Part shown: in pieces, positions 24,606 through 35,530 of the stretch
Position numbering within the stretch: the first letter of the stretch is position 1
How the letters are laid out: every line of letters begins with the position of its first letter
Source of the DNA: Rebecca billardiae RCC1528
Taxonomy: Eukaryota; Protista; Haptophyta
Direction of reading: 5' to 3'
Assembly: GCA_965240325.2 (NCBI GenBank)
Contig: OZ251222.1
Span: 2,976,001 to 3,040,000, forward strand
DNA: 64,000 bases
Made by a program: the position numbers and the translations under genes
Notes under the pieces: model-generated
The model's input: the letters and a program-made list of their open reading frames with translations, nothing else
Told to the model about the DNA's origin: nothing
The model's database searches: none

Positions 24606-27600
24606 ATGAAGCGCCCGCGCACGGACGCCGCCGACGCGGCGTCTGACTCGTCTGACTGGGCGGAGGGGGAGCGCGTGGATCTGGTCCTCCTCCAGGAGCT
24701 CGCCGCGCCAGTCGAGGAGGGCGGATGCGCCTGGCAGCCTGCGGCGGAGGCGTTGCGCGTGGCCGAGCACACAGCTGCAGCTCTCGCCGAGGGCTCGTCG
24801 CCGAGCGACGGCGAGCGCGCGCGCAAACGCGGGCGCGCGCCCGCCGTGGTGGCGAGCGAGAGCATCGACGGTTCCGTCTCGACCGGCGAGCCCACGCCGC
24901 TCGCGCTCCGGGCGGATGGCTCGGCGCGCAAACTCTCAGAGCGCATGCGAGCAGACACCACGCCCGAGGCTCGAGATCTGCCGCCAGCCGGCGCAGAGGC
25001 GAGGCTTGCGCGCGGCAGGCGCGATCCGGCGTCCCGCGTGCTGGGTGCAGACGGCAGCGACTCGTCTTCCGACGAGCACGCCCCGCCGCGGCCCCATCCC
25101 GCCCCGGGCAAGCGGCGCATCCTCTCGCTGGGCAGCGGCAGCCGCAGCGGCAGCGACGCGGATGAGCCGGCCGCCAACCGGGGCGAGCCGCCCCCGGACT
25201 CGGAGTCCGAGTCCGAGTCCGAGGTTGCGGGCGGTGGTCAGCGCGGGCTATCGCAAGAGGAGGACGACGAGGACGAGGAGGAGGACGACGAGGAGGACGA
25301 GACGGACGAGCAGCCGCACGGGAAGCGCAGGGCGGTGATCCGCGACTCGAGCGACGACTCGGACGGCGGCTCGAGCGAATTCGACGCGCGCGCCGCGCCA
25401 CGGCGGCACAAGCCGCCCGCCCCGGCCGCGGCGCGGCCGCCCGCGCCGCGGCGGGTGCGCGAGGTGGGCGTGCGCGAGCGCGCGCCGCAGCCGCGCGAGC
25501 CGCTCGCCACGTCGCGCGCGGCGGCGCCCTGGCGCGGGCGCGCGGCGGGCGAGGCCGCGGTGATGGCGGTGGAGCTGGGGCGCGGCCAGTACTCGATCGG
25601 GCACATCGCGCACATCCAGCCGGGCGCGGTGTTCCCCGACCGGCGGCAGCTGCACGACGCGGGTGTGCACCGCGGGCTGGTGCAGGGCATCTCGGGCAAC
25701 GAGGCGGAGGGCGCGCGCTCCATCGTCATCTCGGGCGGGTACGACATCGCGGACGAGGGCGACCGCTTCGAGTACACGGGCGCGGGCGGGCGCGACCTTT
25801 CCGGGAACAAGCGCACCAACTCGGTGCAGGCGTTCGACCAGAAGCTGGAGCGCGGGAACTACTGGCTCGCGGTGTCGCACGAGCAGCGCCGCCCGGTCCG
25901 CGTCGTGCGCGGCTTCCGCCTCGCGCGCGTCTCCCGCTTCGCGCCGCAGTCGGGGTACCGGTACGATGGCGTGTACTATGTGTCACGCTACTGGCGCGAG
26001 CGGGACGGCTCGGGCAACGCCATCTACAAGTTCGAGTTCGTGCGGGACACGCTGCTGTCGGACACGTGGCGCCCGCCGTGGGAGACGGCGCACGAGGTGC
26101 GCGTGCGGGACTCGCACGCGCAGACCAACTGGGGCGCGCGTGCGCGCGGCGGCGCGGCGCGCGGCGCGCGCGGCGCGGCGCGCGCCGACCAGCCTGCCGA
26201 GGGCCGAGCTCGGCGCACGCCGCCACCGCCCAGGCCGCCGCTGCCTGGCACCGCGGCCGAGCGAGCGCGATGGCCGCGCTTCATGCGGCGCGCGCTCGCG
26301 CGGCTCCGTGTGGGCGCGCCGCGCTCCGCCGGCCGCCCGTACCGCGCCTTCTTCTTCTTCGACCGCTGGTCGGAGCTGCACAGCGGGGCGGCGGCGCGCG
26401 CGCGCTCGGCGGCGGGGCGCGCGCGCTCGGCGTGGCGGCACGCGGAGGAGGACGGCAGCAGTCAGCCCGGCTCGGACGCCGACACCGCCGCCGAGTCTGA
26501 GGGGGAGGGCGGCGTGGGGAGCGGCGGCGCGCGGCGCCGCGCCGCCGGTGCTGCTCCCGCGGCTGCGCGCGCACGGCACCGCGCGCGGCTCGGCTGCACA
26601 GACTCTTCCGACTCCGCCGGCGAGGACGACGACGACGGCGACGACGGCGGCCGCGGCGACGACGGCGCGGCCGCGCGCGGCGCGTGCGCGGCCCGCGGTG
26701 GCGCGCGGAGGGGCGCGGAGGAGGAGGAGGCGCAGCTCGACGTCGTGGCGCGCGGGCTGGACGAGGACGACTCTGGCGACGACGCGTGCGCGGCGCGGGC
26801 GCGCGCGACCGCCGACGCGCGCCCGCCCCGAGCGGGGTGCGACGGCAAGGAGAACAATGCGCGGGCCAACAGCCAGGGCCGCTCCGTGCCGGCCGGCGCC
26901 GCCGCGGCAGAGCGCGCTCTGCCGGCGGAGGCGGAGGACCTCGCAGCGTCCCCGCCGGGCTCGCCCGCGCTCACGGCCGAGCGGGTTGTCGCGCGCGTCT
27001 GTGCCGAGAGCCCGCGCCGACCGACCACGACGCCGACGGCGCCATGCTCGCCGCCAGCGACGCCGCCGGCAGCGCTGGGCGCGGACGGGCCCCCGCTCGC
27101 GCGCGCGGCCGCGTCGGCGCCTCGGCCTGAGACGAGGGGCGCGCTGGAGACGAGGGGCGCGCTGGAGGCCGCGCCGCCGCCGCCGCTGCCGCGCCTGCGG
27201 CTCTCGCTCGACGCGGCCCTGGCGACGCTCGAGCGCGCGCGCTCGGAGGGCGGCGCGCGCGCCCCGCCACCGCCTCGGCACAACCTCCTCTGCCACGTCT
27301 GCGAGGACGATGCAGACGACGACGACGACGATGGTGGCGGTGGCGGTGGCGATGGCGGTGGCGATGGCGGTGGCGATGGCGGTGGCGATGGCGGTGGCGA
27401 TGGCGACAACGGCAGAGGGGGCGGCTGTGTGGAGGCGGAGGCGGCGGGCGGCGGTGGCGGCGGGCGCGGCGGCGCGCTGCCCGGCGCGTGCGGCGGCGGC
27501 GAGTGCACCACCGTGCGCACGCTGCGGTGCGCCTTCTGCCCGCGCGTCTTCCACGCGCGCTGCCTCGCCGCAGCGTACGCGGAGGAGCGCCCGGCGCGCG

Positions 27601-30600
27601 TGCAGCGGCTGTGCGCCGCGGCTGCCGCGTGCGGCGGCTGGCGCTGCCTCGTGTGCGCGGCCGAGTGCGCGTGCAGGCAGCCGCCGTGGGGCGTGGCGGA
27701 CGCGCCCGCCGCGGCGGGGGGCGCGGGCGGCGGCGCACAGGCCGTGGCGGCCGACCTTCTCCTGGCGCACGAGCGCGCAGGCTGGCTGCGCCGCGCGGCC
27801 GCTGGAGGGGCGCGCGCCCGGGCGGACGGCAGCGCTGCGGCGCGCACGGCCGCGCACGGCTCACCGCGCGCGCGCTCGCTGCGCACGCCCGAAAGCGCGC
27901 CGGGCGCGGGCGCTGGGCAGCCGCGGGGCCGGCCAGCTGGCACGCGCGCGGGCGCGGGTGCCACCGACCCAGGCCTCGCGTCTGCCACGCCGCCGCCGCA
28001 CGCCGCCGCCGAGGACGCGCGAGCGCTCGCGCGCCGCGCGCGTGCGCGGCACGACACTCAGTTTGGGCTGAGGGGCGTGCGCTGGCCTCGGCCGCCGGGC
28101 GGAGGCGGCGCGGCGCACGCGGTGGCGGGGCGCAGACGGGCGCGCGCGGCGGCGCATCCTCGGCGGGGCATCGAGGCGAGCGTGGCCGCGCTCGCCGCGC
28201 GCGCGGGCGCGGCGCGCGGCGCGGGCGGCGCGAGCGGCGCAAGACGCGGCACCGATGAGAGCGCCGCGCGCGCGCTCGCTCACGGCGACGAGGACAGCGA
28301 CGACGACGACTTCGTGCGAGCGCGCCCTGGCGGCGCTGGGCGCGCGGGCGCAGGCGGCGGCGGCGGCGAAGGTGCACAGCTCGGCGCTGTCGACTCGCCG
28401 CTCGCCAGCCCGGCGGCCGAGAGGCACGCCGCGCACGGCGGCGGCGGCGGCTGTGGCGGCGGCGCGCACGGCGCGCACGCACACAGCCCAAGCGTCGGCA
28501 GCGGGGCGGATAGTCCGCGCGCGCGCGCTGCCGCTGCCATTGGCTCGCGCCGTGCGCGCAGCAAGGCGCTGAGCGCGCCGCGCTGCGCGCCCGGCGCCGC
28601 GCGCGGCGCAGCGTCGCGCGCGCTCGACGCGCCACTCGGCGCTGCGGACGAGTCCGAGCCGGAGGCTGGCAAAGAGATCGGCGCCGCCGGCGTCGGCTCG
28701 GCCGCGTGTGCCGCCGAGGGCGACGGCGGCGCGGCCGGGCCGGAGCCGCCGCCCTCGCTGCCTCGCCGCCCGTTCCCGCGGCTGCTGCCGCCGCCGCCGC
28801 GGCTGCCGCTGCCGCCCGGGCTCCGGCTGCTCAGCCTGGGCAGCGCGTGCGCGCTCGTGCCCCCGAGCGTCGGCGGCGAGCCCCTTGTGCGCGCGCTGGG
28901 CGTGCCGGTGCGCGCCTCGGTCGAAGGGCTGACGGCCGCACTGCCGGCGCTGTTTGGGCGCGTGTGCGCGCGGCTGCAGTGGGCGCGGCAGTGGAGCGCG
29001 ATGGCTGCGGAGGCGGACGCGGGCGGGTGGGCGCGGGCGGCCGCGCCGCCGCCCTCGCCGCGTCACGCCGCCCCCGCGCACGCCGCCGCGGCGGACGACG
29101 AGCCGGAAGTGCCGCGCGCGCCGAGCGCGCGCGCGTGCGCCGAGCGCGCGCGCGAGCTCGAGCGGCAGTGCAGGCTGGCTTGGTCGGTCGTCTCGCACGT
29201 GCTGGAGCGGCGGCTGCCGCACGCGCGCGCGGAGCAGGGCGCCGCGCTCGTGGCCGCGCTGCGCGCGCAGCTGAGCGCCACCCTCGACGAGCAGCCGCCG
29301 CTTGCAGACGTAGCGCGCGCCGAGATGCAGCGTGCGCGCGGCGCGGCGCACGCGCGGCACGCGCGCGCCGGCGCGCGGCCGGCGGGCGGCGGTGGCGCGG
29401 AGGAGGGCGGCGCAGGGCCGTGGGAAGCGCAGCGGGGCGGCGCGGCGCAGCACGGCGGTGCCGCCGGCGCGTCGGCGTGCGGGCTCGAGGTGCCCGCCCT
29501 TGCGCGCAGCGCGGGCGCGCGGCTGCAGTTTGCCCTGCGCTGGCAGTGCGCGCGCTGGGTGGCGGCCATGGATGCGCACGCCGCCGCCGCCGGGCATGGG
29601 GCGCGGCCGGAGCCGAGCGCGGCGCCGCGCGCCGACGAGGGCGGCGGCGGCGGCGAGGCGGCGGCGGCGGCGGGCAGCTGCGGCGCGCTGCTCACGCCGC
29701 TCGTCGGCGCGCCGCCGTGCGACGCGCGCGCCCTCGGCGCGCGGCTGATCGCCGAGCTGCTCAGCGTGCACGCGCTCTGCCCGGGCTGGTGCGCGCCGCT
29801 GCCCGACACAACAGGCGGCGGCCGAGGCGGCGCGGGCGCGCGGCCGGCTGGGTCGGCGCCGCTGCACGAGTCCCCGACGCTCTCGGTGTGGCACGCGGCG
29901 ATGGGGCTGCTGGAGGGCAGCGCGGAGGGCGGCGGTGGCGGGGCGGATGGCGGCGCCGCCGCCGACTCGGTCGAGGGCCCCTTCTGGCGCGCGTTCGCAA
30001 AGGGCGCCGCTGCGGACGCAGACGCGTTCCGGCTGCTGCTGCGGCGGTGCGGCGGTGCGGCCGAGCGCGCGCGCGCGCCCGAGGACATGGCGGAGGCGGT
30101 GTGGGAGGCGGTGCTGTGCGTGGCGCCGCTCGGCGCGCTCGACGCGAGCGCGCGCGCGCACGCGCGCGCGTGCACGGCGCGCTCACACTGGGCGCTCGTG
30201 CGCTCGCTGCTCGAGGCCTCGCCGCTGGGCGGCTCCGCGCCCGGGCCGCGCGCGCGGGCGCTGCCTCTCACGCTGTGCGGCCGCGCGCTCGCCGCCGCGG
30301 ACGGGGAGCTGCAGGGCGCGCGCGCGCGCGCGTACACCGCGCTGCTGTGCGCGCGGTGCGAGCAGCTAGGCACCGTGTGGCCGCCATCGCTCGAGGTCGC
30401 CCTCGTCCTCTGGCGCGGCGCGCAGCGCCAGCCGCCGCCGCGTGCGGGCTCCGGCCGGCCGTGCGCGCCGTTTGCGAGCGCGCTCGGTCCGCTGGTGCGC
30501 TGGGCGCTGGGCGAGGCGCGCGCGCGCGAGGCGGCCGCGGACGCCGCGGACGCGGCGGCGGCGCGCGCGGAGGGCGGCGAGGCGGGCGCGGCGCTCGGCG

Positions 30601-33600
30601 ACGGCGCGGGCGCTCTGCTGCACACCGCGCCCCCGTCCTCGCGCGCGCTCGCGCCGCCCCCCGCGGACCCCTGGCCGCCAGACGGCGGCGCCGCCCCTGA
30701 TCTGAGCGCGCTCACAATCATGCGGCTGCTCGCGTGTCAGCTGCTGGCCATGCCGGCGCGCGCGCGGCCCCGCGCCTTCTCCGCCGTGCTGGCGACGGTG
30801 GGGCGGCCCGCGGCGGTGGTCGACTGCGCGCGCACGCACGCGCGCTCGGCGGGCTGTCTCGGCGCGCACGGCCGGCAGCTCGGCTGCGTGGCTGAGCTCT
30901 GGCTGAGCGCGGGCGCGCTCGCGCTGCTGGGAGCAGCCTGGCCCGCGCAGGCGCGCGCGGGCGCGCGCCAGCTCGCGCGCGTGTGCGCCTCGCTGCTCGA
31001 GCCCGCGGCGTCGAGCGCCGCGGCGGTGCGCGCGGTGATGGACGGTCTGCTGTGGCTTGCTGGCAGCGCGCGCGCGCACGGCGCCGACCTCGGCCCCGCC
31101 CTCGCGCGCACGCACGACCTCCTCGGCGCGGCCCTCGACGCGCACGGCGCCGCGCGCGCGCACACGGTCACCGCCGCGCTCGGCGTGCCCGGCGAGCGCT
31201 CGCGCGCGCTCGCGCTGGAGTGGGCGGAGCTGTGCGCGCACGCGCTGGGCGGGCTGCGCGAGCTCGTCGCCTCGCCGCCGCCCGCGCCGCGCGCGCGCCA
31301 GCCCGCCGAGGCCGACGTGCTCAGCGGCGCGCTCGGCCGCATCGTGTGCGCGTGCGCCGCGGCCGGCAGCGGGACAGCCGCGCTGCTGCCGCTGGCGCAC
31401 GCCGCGCTCGGGCTGATCGAGGCGGCGGTGGGCGCGGCGGCGCGGCGGCCTGCGGACGGCGCGTGCGCGCGCGCGAGCGCAGAGGACGCGGAGGCCGAGC
31501 TCGACCGGCTGATCGAGGCGCTCGACCCGGCGGTACTCGCGGACGACTCGGTCGAGGCCGCGCCGCCGCCGCCGCCGCCGCAGCCGCAGCAGCAGTCCGG
31601 CGCGCGCGCGCCCGCGTGGACCGCGGGCGAAGGCGAGCCACCGCCCGCGCAGCACGCGCGTGCGGGCGCGGCCGAGTGCGCGTACACGCAGCGGCTGCTC
31701 GTGCTGCTCGCCGAGCTCGACGCGCAGGACGCGCCCGGCCGCCCCACGCTGCGCCGCGCGCTCATGGCCCGCTGGAGCGCCACAGCCGCCGCGGCCGCGT
31801 CCGCCGCCGCGGCCAATGTCGGCGCGGCCGGCACCGCCTCGGCCGCCGCCGCCGCGTCCGACCGCCCGGCGGATGAGCTCACGTTCGCTATCGTGCGGTG
31901 CTGGGCGCGCGTCGCGGCGCTGCTCGTCGAGCACGGCGCCCGGCCGTGGGACGCGTACACCCGCTTCCTCCTCGAGCAGTCCCTCTTCGACGTGGGCGTG
32001 GGCGCGGGCTACGGAGCGGCGGGCGCGCACCCGCAGCAGCAGCACGCGGCGGGCGGCGGCGGTTGCGGCGCCGCCGGCGTCGGCGGCGCGCGCGGAGCGG
32101 GCGCGGCCGTGCCCGCGGGGTCTCGGCTGAACGCCGCGCTGCGCGCGCGGCGAGCGGTGCCCTGCGCCTTCTTCGCCGAGGCCCTCGCCTTCTCCCCGCG
32201 CGCCGCGTCGCTGCTCCTCGCGCACCCCAGCTCCCGGCCGCACGCGGTGAGTGTGTGCCTGGCGGCGCTGTGCGCGCAGCCGCCCGCGCGGGGCGCGTGC
32301 AGCCTGCTCGGCACGCTGCGGCGCGCGCCGCCGACGCGCGCCGTCTTCGGCGCGGCGGTGGGCGAGGAGGTGGAGCGCGCGGGCGACGACGGCCTCGCGC
32401 CGCGCCGCGCGAGCGTGCTGTGCGCGGTGCTCTGCCAAATGCGCAGCGAGTGGGAGGCGGCGGCCAGCGGCGCGCGCGCCCCTGCGGCGGCGGGCAGCGG
32501 CGGCGCGGGGCCGCGCGCCGCGGCCGCACCCTCCGCCAGTGCGCTCGAGGCGGAGCACGCGCGGTGGCTGCAGCGCATGCCGGCGGCGCTGATCCACGGC
32601 GTGGCCGAGGCGGACGCGCGCGCCGCCCACGGCGGCGCACCCGAGCACAGCGCCTACGTCGGCCAGTGCTTCCAGGTACGCGCACAGCACAGCGCGCGCA
32701 CAGCGCTCGCCCGCGCGCGCGGCCCGCGTGTGTGGCCGCGCCGGGCCCGCGGCGCGTGCGAGCCGTGAGCGGCCGCGAGGGTGCCCGTCGTGGCAGCAGC
32801 GCGGAGCCAGGCCGCCGCGCGAGCCCGGGCGCATCGCGCACGCCAGCCCGGCGCGCGTGGTACCCGGCTGCACGGCAGCGCAGGGGGGCCGCCAGGCGCG
32901 TCCGCTCGCGCCTCCACGCGTGTGGCTGGCTGCGGCCGCGTGACAGCTTGCCGCGTGCGCGCGCGCGCCGCCCCTTGCCGCGCGCGCGCGCGCCGCGCAG
33001 GTTGCGGCGCACACGCTGCTCGTCCTGCCGCACGCCGCGAGGGAGCACGCCCTCGAGCGGCTGCTCGGCCGCTTCTTCTCGCACGGTGAGCTGAGCTGAG
33101 CGCGCGCGGCCGACACAACGCGCCGCGCACGCGCCGCCCGCGCCGTGTGCACCCGCCAGCCTCCTCGCATGCCCCGGGGACAGCCGCCCGCCCGCCCGCC
33201 GCGACGCGCTGACCGCCCCCCGCGCGCGTGCGCCGGCGCCGCCGCCCTCGCCGCCCCCCTCGCCGCCGCCCCGCCCTGCGCGCGCGCCCTCCGCACAGCC
33301 GCGTTCGCAGGCGCGCACCAGCGCCACGCGCGCGCGCACGTCGGCAGCGCGCTCGCCGGCCTTGCCCAGCTCAGCTTCGACTCCGACCGCTACCTGGCGC
33401 GGCAGCTGGGGCAGCTGCTCGAGCTGCCGCACACGCTGGCGGCGCAGGGCGCGCACGCGGGCGCGTGCGACGCCGCCGCGCTCGACGCGCTCGTCGGCGC
33501 GCTCTGCCGCCCGGCGCCGCCGTTCGCTGCAATCGTGGGTCGGCTGCGCACCTACTGCCTGCTGGGCTCGGTCCTGCCCGCCGCTCGCGAGGCGCTGCTG

Positions 33601-34479
33601 GCGTTTTCGCCGCCGCCCGTCGGCGGCGCGGCGGCACACGGCGGCGCGGCCGGCGCGCCGGCCGCGCGCACCGCGGCGCGCGCGAGCCGGTGCGCTCACT
33701 TTGCCGCCCGGCTGCTCAAGTCGAGTCCTGCGCTTCGCCCGGCCGAGGGCGCGGCGTGGCCGCGCGTGTGCGCCGTCCTGTGCCAGCTCCTGTCCGTCCG
33801 GCCGGTGCACGCGCTGCTCGTGCCTGCGCGCAGCTGGCTGTATGCTGCGCTGCGGGCGCTGCTCGGCGCGCGCGCGGAGCAGGTGGGGGCGGCCGGCGCT
33901 GCCGCCGGCGCCGCCCTCGTCGTCGAGCAGATCGTCAGCAGCGCCGCGCGCGCGAGCGGCGCCGCCCCCGCCGCCGGGCCGGACGACGTGGCGGGCTCGC
34001 TGCTGATCACGCTCGCGTCGCACTGCCTGCACGACCTGTGGTGCTTGCTCGCCTCCTCGCTGAGCGCGTCGCAGCACGCGCCGACGCTGCGCCAGCTGTG
34101 GGACGGGAAGCGCGCCGCGCTGCCCGCCGCGCCGCAGCTCCAGCAGCATGCGCTCACGCTGTCGGGCTCGCTCGGCGGCGCGTGGCAGCCGGCTGACGCG
34201 AGCTCGGCGCGCGCGCACGTCGAGCAGGGCAGCGCCACGCGCACGCTCGTGCAGGGCATCTGTGCCGCGCTCGACGCAGTGTGCGCCGTGGAGCAGCGGC
34301 TGCCGAGCGCGCACGCGCGCGCTGTGATCGCGCGCGCCGTGGTCGCGCTGCACGAGGGCGTGCAGGTGCAGCGCGGGCTGGTCTCTCGGCAGCTGGACAC
34401 GCATACGTGCTTCGAGCATGCGCAGGTCTCCGCCGTCGTCGCTCTCATCCAGCGCGAGAAGCAGCTCGACAGCGCCTGA
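24606..34479 (+). CDS. ~3100-aa protein with SRA/YDG domain, PHD-like finger and Mus7/MMS22-like helical region; exons 24606-32675, 33001-33085, 33299-34479
   Basis: SRA 'GVHRGLVQGISG..SIVISGGY..YTGAGGRDLSGNKRT..DQKL..PVRVVRG..GYRYDGVY'. Finger 'CHVC...CAFCPRVFHARC...WRCLVC'. Mus7-like 'EAVWEAVLCVAPLGALD..HWALVRSLL..YTALLCARC..L..VW'. The two introns keep the frame; further in-frame introns cannot be excluded. Confidence 0.75.
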
Positions 34480-35014
34480 TGCGGAAGAGTGCTACGCGAC
34501 GACTACTACGAATATACATGAGGGCGCACTTTCCCTATATAATTCATAAATGGCCGTTATTAAAGACGGCGGCTGTGCGTAATAACGGCTATATATACCG
34601 CGCCACAATTATTTGATGCATGCTGCATCATCGATGATTCATCGATCGAATCGTGATGATGACGATCGATTCGTCGTCACTCTGTACTACTCTGAGATCG
34701 GAGAGCATATAGCCTATTATAGCAGCAGTACTGTTAATATAGCAGCGTACTGTTACAAGCCGGCGCCGCCGCCATTCTCAGCATGCCAGCAGTAGCTTAT
34801 TAGCTCAACTTGCGATGACTATTGACTACACGGCACACGCGCTGCTGATTTGCACGTGCCGGCGGCCGCCCGCCGCATACATATGCTGCATGTGTATAGT
34901 TATATATAGTGCTGTGCGCAGTCATCTCATTCCGACTCCGAGAGTCGCACGCGCCACGCATTGACGACTGCTCCGGGGCGCGTACGAGTACGGTACTAGT
35001 TATATATATATATA

Positions 35015-35530
35015 TGTCAAAAGCCCAAGGCAGCCATTGGCGCCATTCCCCAGCTCGAGGTTTCAATCTCAAGGCGCTGAGCAATTCTAAGCGCCACCAT
35101 GCTGAGGCTTCATTCCAATTCAAAACCTTATCATCGACCTCAACTGTCGGTTTTATTCACGTCCAGTGCACAAATTCATTCATCATCATTCATCGTGCAT
35201 TTCATAATGGCCAACAAGCCCAACAAGCGTCGCGGAACAATCCAGGAATCAAAGCTCCTGAGATGTTCTCAAGCCTTCGCAGGGCAATGCACTATCAGAT
35301 CATTCCGAGAACGTGCCTTCGCAATCAGAAGCCGAGAAGCATCTCCAAACTTTCTAATCACGAAAGTTCTGGGATGAGTCCTTCGTGAGAACCGCCTACA
35401 AAAGTTTTTCTCAGCGATCTGGAGCTACACCAGCCACACAACAAAACCGAACTGATCAGCAAGCAGGGCCAGACCCCTGCGCCACCATCGCCAAAGAGCG
35501 AACCTCCGCCAGCGCACGAAGTGCCAATCA
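35015..35530 (+). repeat. 5' LTR
   Basis: TGTCAAAAGCC...GTGCCAATCA, repeated at 41423-41938. Confidence 0.97.

Noticed and set aside
25663-34448. Long Arg/Ala-rich ORFs overlapping the SRA gene (and similar ones over other genes)
   Set aside because: Shadow frames caused by stop-codon scarcity in GC-rich coding DNA.
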